Source: Candidatus Oleincola secundus
GTDB lineage: Bacteria; Atribacterota; Phoenicimicrobiia; Phoenicimicrobiales; Stramentimicrobiaceae
Length of the DNA: 13,867 bases
NCBI GenBank assembly: GCA_018400815.1
Contig: JAGYLS010000043.1
Coordinates: forward strand, 1 to 13,867
Direction: 5' to 3'
The translations under genes were made by a program, and so were the position numbers. The notes under the pieces are model-generated. The model worked only from the letters and a program-made list of their open reading frames with translations. It was not told the origin of the DNA and did not search any database. The stretch's first letter is position 1. Each line of letters starts with the position of its first letter. This document shows, piece by piece, positions 5,092 to 13,543 of the stretch.

Positions 5092-7248
5092 TTATTGATT
5101 AGCTTTATAATTCTCCCAAACTTCCAACACTTCGGGAAAATCAATTTTTAGTTTTTTGATGGTCTCCAGATTAGGTACGCCATTCTCATCCCATCCCTTT
5201 CTCTGGTATACAACATCACACAGTGATTTATATTGACTCTCTCTGTAACTTCTTAAGGCTCTTAGCTTTTCCTCAACTGTTTTCCCTTCGGTTGAAAATC
5301 CTACTTTTTCTTCCAATTGTTTATCATATAATTCGACATTTGAATCATATTCCTTCATAGTTACCGGACCCATTGCACGATAGGGAATTGCATCATTTTT
5401 TCTTGTTCCAAAACCCATCTTTAAATTTAGCAATCTCTGGAAATTATGCACTGCTTCCGATTGTTTAATAATATCTTCTGGGGAAATCTTTTTCCCGGTT
5501 ACTCCTTCAAATATCCAGCAATAATTTTCTACGTGTTCCGGTACTTTAGCAGCTGCAATACCTGAAAATATTTTCTTATTATCAGCCGGTTCAATGTCAT
5601 TCCAGGGAAGCTTGCAAAGCCCTACCAGGGAAAACCAGGTCCGAAATAGTGGAAAATAATACAAAGCTTCTGCTTTATCCTCAAAGGTAGGAATCTGATT
5701 GTTCACCTGGTCCATAAAAATCAGCCAGGATTCATCATGCTGCGGTCCTTTGTTGGCAATGCCGTATCCACCCTGCTGAGCAAGCGATTCTTTGGTTCCG
5801 TATTCAGAAAATTCCATTCCTTTGCATTCCATTCCAATGTCATTTAAAAAATTCTCATCTGCCTGATAATGTTCGGCAAAATATTTCTTGCATCGACGCA
5901 CTCCCTGGCCGGCAATTTTTCCAAAACCTTCTCCCTGGGCAATTTGATGGATAAGTTCTAACAGGGCATTACTGTTGCCGAATGTTAAATCCAACCCCCC
6001 GGTTCTCTCTTTATTTAAAATACCATTTTCATAACATTCCATTAGAAAAGCAATGGTAGTGCTCACCCCAATGGTGTCCAAGCCATAATGGTCACAATAA
6101 AAATTAGCCTCTAAAACAACATCCGGGTCAAAACATCCACAGTTACCACCAAATCCGGCTGCTGTCTCATATTCAGGTCCGTCAACTATTACTTCTTCTC
6201 CTTTTAATGGACCGGTTTTCAGTTTAAATTGATCAACGGCATGGGAACAGCGTAAATTACATCCTATCCAGCAGGAATCACCTGGTTGCTTCTGTGAAAA
6301 ACGATTCAGCCAAACCTTATTACTTATATTTACTGCCTGGGGATGTGAACTGAATTGATAATTATGAACAGGTAAACAGTTATGGTTATTCATGTGGTCT
6401 AAAAGATTGGCAGTGCCGGTTTCACGCATACCATTCTGAATATGGTCTAAGGAAAGTATTTCTTTTGTTAAACGCTGCCCTGCTTTTTTTAATAATTCAG
6501 GATTAGCTGGATTGTTGCTACTTCCCTTTACACCTTTATATTTAACAACAATGGCAGCTATTTTTTTATTTCTAAGAACTGTTCCTGTACCGCCTCTTGC
6601 TCCCTGTTTATAACGTATTTTTTTACGGCCACGATCATACCAGCTAAAATTTAGGATTCCCAACAGTGCATTTTCTGCTCCCTGGCCAGCAGACACGACA
6701 CTGATATTGCTCTTATCTTCTTCGCTTTCTGCAAAATGTTCAGTCAGTTTCTCTGCTAAAATATAAGAATTGGTTTCCTCGTATGGAGACACCTGTACTT
6801 TAATTTCACCTTTATTTCCATCAATAAATATAACTACATCCTGCTCAGCCTTACCTTGAATCTCTAAGGCATCCCATCCCGAAAATTTTAACAATGGGGC
6901 AAAATAACCACCAGCATTGTTGTCATTAGCACTTCCGGTTTCAGGGGAAATACTGACTACATGACTCTTACCACAACCCGAATATTGGGTTATCCCGCAA
7001 ATTGGTCCAGTACAAAACACCAATTCATTTTCCGGGTCATCCCACTTTGTCTCCGGCTTCACTGCCTGCCATAGGTACCATAAACCATAACCACGACCAC
7101 CGGTTAACACTTCTTTCACTTTTGCAGGAACAGTTTTAATTTTAGCCTTTTTGTCGGATAAATTAAGATAAAGGACCTTATCCGTATAACCTTTATTTAC
7201 TTTGGCTGGCTGGTATTGAGTTGACATCAGCAAACGTTCTTCAGACAT
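5092..7248 (-). CDS. aor: Tungsten/molybdopterin aldehyde:ferredoxin oxidoreductase (AOR/WOR family)
   Basis: GGRGYG, CTGP, SP.TG, LKFSGWDA.EIQGKA, RGGTGTV...K..AI, CWIGCNLRC, GPEYET, CDHYGLDTI, GLC, GWDENGVP. SD AGGAGG. Confidence 0.93.
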   Translation of the reverse strand: MSEERLLMSTQYQPAKVNKGYTDKVLYLNLSDKKAKIKTVPAKVKEVLTGGRGYGLWYLWQAVKPETKWDDPENELVFCTGPICGITQYSGCGKSHVVSISPETGSANDNNAGGYFAPLLKFSGWDALEIQGKAEQDVVIFIDGNKGEIKVQVSPYEETNSYILAEKLTEHFAESEEDKSNISVVSAGQGAENALLGILNFSWYDRGRKKIRYKQGARGGTGTVLRNKKIAAIVVKYKGVKGSSNNPANPELLKKAGQRLTKEILSLDHIQNGMRETGTANLLDHMNNHNCLPVHNYQFSSHPQAVNISNKVWLNRFSQKQPGDSCWIGCNLRCSHAVDQFKLKTGPLKGEEVIVDGPEYETAAGFGGNCGCFDPDVVLEANFYCDHYGLDTIGVSTTIAFLMECYENGILNKERTGGLDLTFGNSNALLELIHQIAQGEGFGKIAGQGVRRCKKYFAEHYQADENFLNDIGMECKGMEFSEYGTKESLAQQGGYGIANKGPQHDESWLIFMDQVNNQIPTFEDKAEALYYFPLFRTWFSLVGLCKLPWNDIEPADNKKIFSGIAAAKVPEHVENYCWIFEGVTGKKISPEDIIKQSEAVHNFQRLLNLKMGFGTRKNDAIPYRAMGPVTMKEYDSNVELYDKQLEEKVGFSTEGKTVEEKLRALRSYRESQYKSLCDVVYQRKGWDENGVPNLETIKKLKIDFPEVLEVWENYKANQ

Positions 7249-7315
7249 TACAAACCTCCTGAATATTTATTTTTTATTACTCAATATAGTATATATTATT
7301 ATATCTTCCCATTTT

Positions 7316-8635
7316 CTATCCGGAAAATTTATGTTGCAATATATCTTGTAAATCAGGCTTCCCGATTTCCTGTAATTCATATCTTACTCTGACATATTTT
7401 TTAGCAATTCTCATGACTCTACTTAAATCAATTGGCGTACCTATAATCACCAGTTCAGCATCGCTATTATTTATAGTGGCTTCCAATTCCTTAATCTGTT
7501 CCTGGCCATAGCCCATTGCTGGTAATAATGTACCAATAAGGGGGTATTTTTGATAAGTTTTTTTTATGCTGCCCACAGCAAAAGGTCTGGGATCAATAAT
7601 TTCCTTAGCACCATATTTCTGTGCAGCAACCACACCTGCACCAAATTTCATTTCACCATGCGTTAAGGTTGGACCATCTTCAATAACAATTACCTTTTTA
7701 CCTCTAATTGTCTCTGCCTGCTCGACTTGAATAGGTGAGGCTGCCTCAATTAATATTGCTTCTGGTGCCAGTAAATAAATATTTGTCCTTAATTGTGCAA
7801 TGTTTTCCGGATTTGCAGTATCAATTTTGTTAATTACCACAATGTCTGCCATTCTTAAGTTAACTGCGCCCGGATAATAGGTTGTTTCATGACCAACTCT
7901 ATGGGGATCGGTAACTACAATGTGTAGATCCGGCTGATAAAAAGGAATATCGTTATTGCCTCCGTCCCATACAATTACATCAGCCTCTTTCTCGGCTCGC
8001 TGTAAAATTTCACCATAATCTACACCGGCATAGACAATATTGCCCAAATCGATATGGGGTTCATATTCTTCCCGCTCTTCTATGGTACACTGATATGAGT
8101 CCAAATCATTATAAGTTTCATAACGCTGCCAAATTTGTTTGGTTAAATCCCCATAGGGCATAGGATGTCGGATCACTACTACTTTTTTACCCATTTCTCT
8201 TAATATTTGGGTTACTTTACGGGTAGTCTGACTTTTCCCGCTCCCGGTTCTGACTGCACAAATAGAAACCAGGGGTACTTTTGCCTTTAACATAGTATTT
8301 TTAGGACCCATCAACCTGAAATCAGCCCCTTCTGACAAAACCATCGAAGCTCTTTCCATAACATACTGATGTGGTAAATCACTATAAGCCAGAATGACCT
8401 GATCGATATTGTATCGCTGAATTAAGTCAGGCAAATCCTCCTCGGGGAAAATCGGTATACCGTCAGGATAAAGTGGTCCGCTTAATTGGGCTGGATATTT
8501 TCGCCCGGCGATATCAGGAATCTGTGTAGCAGTAAAAGCTTTCACATGATAATCATCATTATTGCGAAAAAAAACGTTAAAATTATGAAAATCTCTCCCT
8601 GCAGCCCCCATAATAACAATATTTTGTTTTTTCAA
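7316..8635 (-). CDS. ArcE/arginine-synthetase-like P-loop enzyme (COG2403; often auto-annotated as GTPase or cyclic 2,3-diphosphoglycerate synthetase)
   Basis: MGAAGRDFHNFN, AFTATQIPDIAGRKYP, RTGSGKSQTTR, RHPMPYG, TIEEREEYE, WDGGNND, EDGPTLTHG, LPAMGY. TTG start with SD GAGGTGA. Confidence 0.8.
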   Translation of the reverse strand: MKKQNIVIMGAAGRDFHNFNVFFRNNDDYHVKAFTATQIPDIAGRKYPAQLSGPLYPDGIPIFPEEDLPDLIQRYNIDQVILAYSDLPHQYVMERASMVLSEGADFRLMGPKNTMLKAKVPLVSICAVRTGSGKSQTTRKVTQILREMGKKVVVIRHPMPYGDLTKQIWQRYETYNDLDSYQCTIEEREEYEPHIDLGNIVYAGVDYGEILQRAEKEADVIVWDGGNNDIPFYQPDLHIVVTDPHRVGHETTYYPGAVNLRMADIVVINKIDTANPENIAQLRTNIYLLAPEAILIEAASPIQVEQAETIRGKKVIVIEDGPTLTHGEMKFGAGVVAAQKYGAKEIIDPRPFAVGSIKKTYQKYPLIGTLLPAMGYGQEQIKELEATINNSDAELVIIGTPIDLSRVMRIAKKYVRVRYELQEIGKPDLQDILQHKFSG

Positions 8636-8660
8636 ACAGAATCACCTCTTCTCTTCTATA

Positions 8661-8696
8661 TGTTCTAATTGTAATATTTATAGAACAAGAAATCAA
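8661..8696 (-). promoter_or_regulatory. Predicted promoter of the arcE-like gene with overlapping palindromic operator
   Basis: TTGATT (8696-8691), 17-bp spacer, TACAAT (8673-8668). The inverted repeat TGTTCTA-N13-TAGAACA (8661-8687) brackets the -10. Confidence 0.5.
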
Positions 8697-8777
8697 TTTC
8701 TTTTGCTAATCTAATTTAAAATAGAAAAAATATAGCATTTATTTAGGCTCAATTTGTAGAAATATAAAAAATGGGAT

Positions 8778-8836
8778 AAAAGAAATAGACATCTGTCTTA
8801 CTTATTGTAGAGAATAATAAATAAGACAGATGTCTA
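8778..8836 (-). terminator. Intrinsic terminator after the NhaC-family gene
   Basis: 15-bp perfect stem TAGACATCTGTCTTA (8786-8800) / TAAGACAGATGTCTA (8822-8836), followed on the minus strand by TTTCTTTT. Confidence 0.8.
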
Positions 8837-8864
8837 AAAAATATAATAAATTATTATGTACTGA

Positions 8865-10538
8865 TTATTCTGACTCTTTTTCTACAAATTCCTCTAGAGG
8901 AAATTTTATACCCAATTGATTAGCAGAGATAGAAGACAATAAATAGACAGCAAGATAAACTAAAGCAAACCCAACAATCAAATCAATAATGACAGGAACT
9001 CCAAGTCCGGCAAGAATATAACAAAATGCAGCAATTAAGGCAACAGTAATAGCATAAGGTATCTGAGTCCTGACATGATCAATATGGTCAGACCCGGCAA
9101 AGGTCGAAGACATTACTGTAGTGTCAGATATTGGGCTACAATGATCTCCCATTACAGCTCCGGTTAAGACACTGGAAATTACAATTGGAAGAACAGCACC
9201 TACACTTACTCCCAGAGGAATTACAATTGGTGTAACGATAGCCATTGTTCCCCAGGACGTACCGGTAGAAATAGCAATAAGGGCTGAAATAATAAAAGTC
9301 AAAATTGGTAGCATTACCGGGGATAAATAGCTCCCTAAAGCTCCTACAATATATGGAGCAGTTCCCAATTCATCACATATGCTCCCGATTGACCAGGCTG
9401 TAATTAGAATTAATGTTGCATAAACCATCATTCGTGCCCCGTTCATAAAGGAATCCATTATTTCTGCTACAGTTGCTATTTTTTGAACTATGTACATAAT
9501 CATAGCTACAATAAAAGCAATAAGTGTAGCCAGCAAGATGGCAAACATGGAATCTGCATCAGATATAGCCTGGGAAAATGATTCCGCTTCACTACCACCA
9601 CCGGTTGCCCACATAAAATAAAATGACAAGAGAACCAATAGAATGATTGGTACCCACAGGTTTGTTGCCTTTAAAGAAGCTTTTGGAGCCACTTTTAATT
9701 CTGAGGTACCTGCCAAGGGCCTGGAATCTTTTGCCCATAACTCATGGGTAGTTCTGGCACGATATTCTGCCTTTAACATAGGACCAAAGTCTCTCCCGGT
9801 ATAAGCAATAACACCAACCATAATAATAGCAAAAATAGAATAAAAGCTATAGGGAATACTGTTTAACCATAAAAAATATGGTGATAGTTCAATGCCTTCA
9901 GGAAGAGAATCTCCAATTAAACCAACCTGATATCCAATCCAGGTAGAAATTAGAAATATAGAAGAGACAGGAGCAGCAGTCGAATCTACAATATAGGCAA
10001 GCTTTTCTCTTGAAATATGATATTTATCAGAAAGAGGTCGAAATAAATTTCCGATAAAGGCTGAATTTGCATAGTCATCAATAAAAATCACAATTCCACC
10101 CAACCAGGAAAATATTTGTGCCATTTTAGAATTGTGGGCTTTCTTGGCTAATGATTCCAAAAAAGCCTGTCCTCCGCCTGAGAAGAAAATCATGCCCATC
10201 AAACCACCGACTACGAAGAAAAACAAGATAATACTGGCATTCCAGGAATCAGCCACTGATGATACCAGAGTACTGGCTGTAGTATTGACACCTGCCCATA
10301 AATTGCCATTATGCAGTATTGTCGCACCAGCCCAAACAGCAATAAATAAAGATATCAAAGCCTCTCTCAAAATCATACAAAGAGTAATAGCCAAAATAGG
10401 AGGAACCAAAGACCAGAACCCGAAGTTACCTGTGCTCTCTTCTTCAACAGCCCAACCTGTTAAGGACAAGAATAATGTAATCATAATCACAAAAAATATT
10501 ATGATAAAAATTCGATTAAAATTGTTTTTCTTAATCAT
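8865..10538 (-). CDS. NhaC-family transporter, probably a lysine importer (LysW-like)
   Basis: Multi-TM protein with IFIDDYAN, SREKLAYIVDSTAAP, TGTSWGT, GDHCSPISDTT and HVRTQIPYA. It sits directly under a lysine riboswitch. Confidence 0.88.
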   Translation of the reverse strand: MIKKNNFNRIFIIIFFVIMITLFLSLTGWAVEEESTGNFGFWSLVPPILAITLCMILREALISLFIAVWAGATILHNGNLWAGVNTTASTLVSSVADSWNASIILFFFVVGGLMGMIFFSGGGQAFLESLAKKAHNSKMAQIFSWLGGIVIFIDDYANSAFIGNLFRPLSDKYHISREKLAYIVDSTAAPVSSIFLISTWIGYQVGLIGDSLPEGIELSPYFLWLNSIPYSFYSIFAIIMVGVIAYTGRDFGPMLKAEYRARTTHELWAKDSRPLAGTSELKVAPKASLKATNLWVPIILLVLLSFYFMWATGGGSEAESFSQAISDADSMFAILLATLIAFIVAMIMYIVQKIATVAEIMDSFMNGARMMVYATLILITAWSIGSICDELGTAPYIVGALGSYLSPVMLPILTFIISALIAISTGTSWGTMAIVTPIVIPLGVSVGAVLPIVISSVLTGAVMGDHCSPISDTTVMSSTFAGSDHIDHVRTQIPYAITVALIAAFCYILAGLGVPVIIDLIVGFALVYLAVYLLSSISANQLGIKFPLEEFVEKESE

Positions 10539-10715
10539 TGTTCGAAATATTCCTTTCTAATATTTTTTTACTGGATTTGAACTTTTGAACTAAAATGTGC
10601 AAAATAATAAAATTATTTACTCACATCAATATTATCAACCCCCTTTTTGATGTGTTCTAAAAAAGACTATTTTGGAAATCAATTAGTTCCTTATCCTTAC
10701 TATTATGTTACAATT

Positions 10716-10753
10716 AAAAAAAGCAATCAACAAGCGCTGAGCTCATCGATTGC
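10716..10753 (-). terminator. Riboswitch expression-platform terminator
   Basis: GCAATCGATGAGC-TCAGC-GCTTGTTGATTGC followed by T7 (13-bp stem including G-U pairs). Confidence 0.88.
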
Positions 10754-10802
10754 TCTAAATAAATAACAAGCTTTCTTTTTACCTCCCTCTTATCTCTTCT
10801 CG

Positions 10803-10986
10803 ATGAGATAGCGCACCATCAGTGACCGGAAGTTTTCCCTGATGACAGTACTATGATTGTTGACCATAGTCCCAGCCTGAACGTTAGAGCAATGATTTTC
10901 AGACTTCGGCGAAGACCCCTTCCCTGATAAATCATTGCAGCTCAGCTCATTATCAATACTCTTGATCGTTCGCGCCTCTACCCCAC
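10803..10986 (-). ncRNA. Lysine riboswitch (L-box) aptamer
   Basis: Conserved motifs in order: GGTAGAGGCGCG, AAGAGTA, GAAAGGGG..CGCCGAAG, CTGGG, ACTGTCA, TGGTGCGCTA. P1 is GTGGGGTAG paired with CTATCTCAT. Confidence 0.93.
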
Positions 10987-11027
10987 TTCAGATAAAAAGT
11001 GAGGCAATTCAATATTTAATTTTCTTC

Positions 11028-11056
11028 AAATTAGCATAATAAAATTAGAAAGTCAA
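11028..11056 (-). promoter_or_regulatory. Predicted promoter of the riboswitch leader
   Basis: TTGACT (11056-11051), 17-bp spacer ending in TGn, then TAATTT (extended -10-like). Confidence 0.5.
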
Positions 11057-11100
11057 TTCTTTTACGCATAATTCATATTTTTTCTATTTTTACTTCTTGA

Positions 11101-11241
11101 TTACTTTTGAACACTTATCTTGGCTCCTGATTGCACTTGTTCAAAAATTTTGGCATCTCCAATAATTTTTCCAAAGACATTCACAGAACTTGCTGCCCGA
11201 ATATCATTACCCCGACTGGCAGGAGTTTTACCAAAGAATAT
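11101..11241 (-). pseudogene. 5'-truncated remnant of a cyclophilin-like-fold (TM1367/DUF369-type) gene
   Basis: Manual translation: IFFGKTPASRGNDIRAASSVNVFGKIIGDAKIFEQVQSGAKISVQK*. No start codon or SD at its 5' end; upstream it runs into the ADH stop codons. Confidence 0.75.
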
Positions 11242-11259
11242 ACGGTTATAATTAATTTA

Positions 11260-12537
11260 CTATCTCATATTTTTTATTACCGTAAAATCTCCGGTTTCCG
11301 CAGCTTCCAGAATGGGTCCCATATATTCATCAACTAAATCTGCATTCAATGGTATAGGCATATTCTTTAATTTCATATCTAATTGTGGATTTTTGGCAGC
11401 TTCTAATGCCCTTTTAACGTGTTTTTCACTAAATTCAGGAATATCCGTTAATTTATAGGGGGCACCGATACTCTTATTAAAATTAACCAGACCTTCAGCA
11501 ATTGAAATGCCAAGATTTCTTCCTGAAAGTTTATCAATATCCTCAGAAATAAAATTATTTCTTTGCAATACCTGTCCTATTACATGTAACTGTCTTTCAA
11601 TCGCTGGTGCAAAGAATACAGTATAATAAGGATTCATAATACCACATGCTCGGCCATGGCTGGTAATATCAACAAGAGAGAAACTGGTAAGGTGAGCACC
11701 ATTAGTTCCACCAACCATGATAGCGTATCCACCTAAATCAGTTGCTAAACCTAATGCTTCCCTGGCTTCTAAGTTTTCAGGATTTTCGATTGCTTTTTTG
11801 GTATTCTGGAAAATTAATTCCAGGGCAGTTGAAGTAATCTCACTGGTTAACTCAAATTTATCTTCTCCTGCTCCGTAAAAGACCTCTAAAGTATGGGCAA
11901 TACCATCCAAAGCCCCATCAATTGTTAAGGATTTAGGCATACTTGCAGTGACTGAATAGTCAAATACCGGTCTTTGTGGAATAATTGCCTCATCAACAAT
12001 CAATTTCTTCTGTCCGGCTACCGGATCAGTAATATTACTATATTTAGTTAAATGAGCAGCTGAACTTGATGAAGTTTGAATTGCAACAAATGGCCATAAT
12101 GTTTTATTTGAATCTTGTAAAGCACTGCTAACTAAGCCTGTTCCCAAATAATCATCAATTTCAGGACTGTGCAAACCAAGAGTCGCCAATACATTGGCTG
12201 CTTTAACACAGTCAATATTACTACCACCACCAAAAGCAATAACACAATCAGGCTGATAATGTAGAATATAACTTTCTATGCGATAAACATCTTCTCTAGG
12301 AGTATTAGGCCTAGAACCAGGCACAATCCGGTTACCTGCTAATTGGACATTATTTTCTCTTAGATATTCAACAATCTTTTCAATTTCATTTTTTTGGTGA
12401 GTTTGATTTGCTACCAACAATGCCTTTTGACCATACTCAGAAGCAAGTTTGCCAATTTTATTTAAAACATCTAAACCATGGGTATAACTATTACCTTTAA
12501 ATTTATCTATTAATTCATATGCTTTGTCTTTAAGCAT
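11260..12537 (-). CDS. Iron-containing (group III) alcohol dehydrogenase
   Basis: PNTP, FGGGSNIDCVKA, LDGIAHTLE, GAHLTS, HGRACG (Asp/His metal ligands). SD AAGGAGG. Confidence 0.88.
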   Translation of the reverse strand: MLKDKAYELIDKFKGNSYTHGLDVLNKIGKLASEYGQKALLVANQTHQKNEIEKIVEYLRENNVQLAGNRIVPGSRPNTPREDVYRIESYILHYQPDCVIAFGGGSNIDCVKAANVLATLGLHSPEIDDYLGTGLVSSALQDSNKTLWPFVAIQTSSSSAAHLTKYSNITDPVAGQKKLIVDEAIIPQRPVFDYSVTASMPKSLTIDGALDGIAHTLEVFYGAGEDKFELTSEITSTALELIFQNTKKAIENPENLEAREALGLATDLGGYAIMVGGTNGAHLTSFSLVDITSHGRACGIMNPYYTVFFAPAIERQLHVIGQVLQRNNFISEDIDKLSGRNLGISIAEGLVNFNKSIGAPYKLTDIPEFSEKHVKRALEAAKNPQLDMKLKNMPIPLNADLVDEYMGPILEAAETGDFTVIKNMR

Positions 12538-12625
12538 TTTAATTCCTCCTTTATCAGAACCAATATTCTTAGCAAAAAATACTATGGCTACATATTAAAA
12601 TATCACGATTTGGATTAAAAATTGA

Positions 12626-13510
12626 CTAATTGATACTAACATTATTAATAATTTCTTTCAATTTTTCTCTTGCCTCGGCAGTCAAAGGCTTAATCGGATT
12701 TAAAGTATTCCCTACATCAATCCCTCTTAATTTTAATCCTTCCTTCATAATAACCGGGAAACTACCAAGCGAAAATGCCATACGTAAAGGTGCCAACTTA
12801 AATTGCGCATCCAATGCAGTCTTATATTCCCCTTTTTGATATAACTCATAAATAGAAACTACTAATTCAGGAACAATATTAGCTGTCGCGGCAACACTGC
12901 CATGACCACCATAAGCCAAAAATCCATAGATTAATGTATCTCTTCCTGCCAGGACAGCAAAACCTTTTCCTGTACACCGAATAATTTCTGCAGCCTTGCT
13001 CATATCTCCACTACTGTCCTTAATCCCGACAATATTATCAATACTGCTCAAACGAATTATTAATTCCAAGCTTAAATCAACGCCTGTTCTTCCTGGGTTA
13101 TTATAAAGAATAATGGGTAAATCAGTACTAGAGGCAATTTCTTTATAATGTGTATAGAGCTCTTCTTCGTTTGGACTGATAAAATATGGCGTAATAACCG
13201 ATAAAGCATCAACTCCTATTTTAGTAGCCATCTCAGTTAATCTAACGGATTCTTTGGTAGTAATAGCCCCGGTACCTGCATAGACCGGCACTCTGTTATT
13301 AGTTGCTTCCAAGACAGTTTCAATTACTTTTCTTTTTTCATCAAAGTCAATACCATAACCCTCTCCAGTACTACCCAGTGGAAAAACACCATGCACTCCT
13401 GCATCAATCAGATAATTGTTCATTTTCTTAAGTGTCTTACAATCAACTTTTTCTTCTTCATCAAATGGTGTAATCATCGGAGGAATTATTCCTCTTACTT
13501 TAAAAACCAT
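12626..13510 (-). CDS. DapA/NanA/KDG-aldolase-family class I aldolase
   Basis: ITPF, GSTGE, ITPYF, LYNNPGRTG, GIKDSSGD (Schiff-base Lys). Substrate cannot be determined from sequence alone. Confidence 0.88.
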   Translation of the reverse strand: MVFKVRGIIPPMITPFDEEEKVDCKTLKKMNNYLIDAGVHGVFPLGSTGEGYGIDFDEKRKVIETVLEATNNRVPVYAGTGAITTKESVRLTEMATKIGVDALSVITPYFISPNEEELYTHYKEIASSTDLPIILYNNPGRTGVDLSLELIIRLSSIDNIVGIKDSSGDMSKAAEIIRCTGKGFAVLAGRDTLIYGFLAYGGHGSVAATANIVPELVVSIYELYQKGEYKTALDAQFKLAPLRMAFSLGSFPVIMKEGLKLRGIDVGNTLNPIKPLTAEAREKLKEIINNVSIN

Positions 13511-13543
13511 TCTTTGCTCCTTTTTACTTTTTTAACTATTATC

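Noticed and set aside
7316..8635. Call as true cyclic 2,3-diphosphoglycerate synthetase
   Set aside because: The GAAGRDFHNFN, RHPMPYG and WDGGNND motifs fit the ArcE-like branch as I recall it, and no 2-phosphoglycerate kinase gene is adjacent. A phylogeny is needed to settle it.
10620..10654. SD-like AAGGGGG with TTG-ATG-TGA micro-ORF inside an 8-bp inverted repeat in the transporter leader
   Set aside because: Too short to distinguish from chance; no independent support.
10803..13510. Lysine riboswitch regulating the DapA-like gene
   Set aside because: The riboswitch is downstream of that gene and points into the transporter, so it cannot control it in cis.
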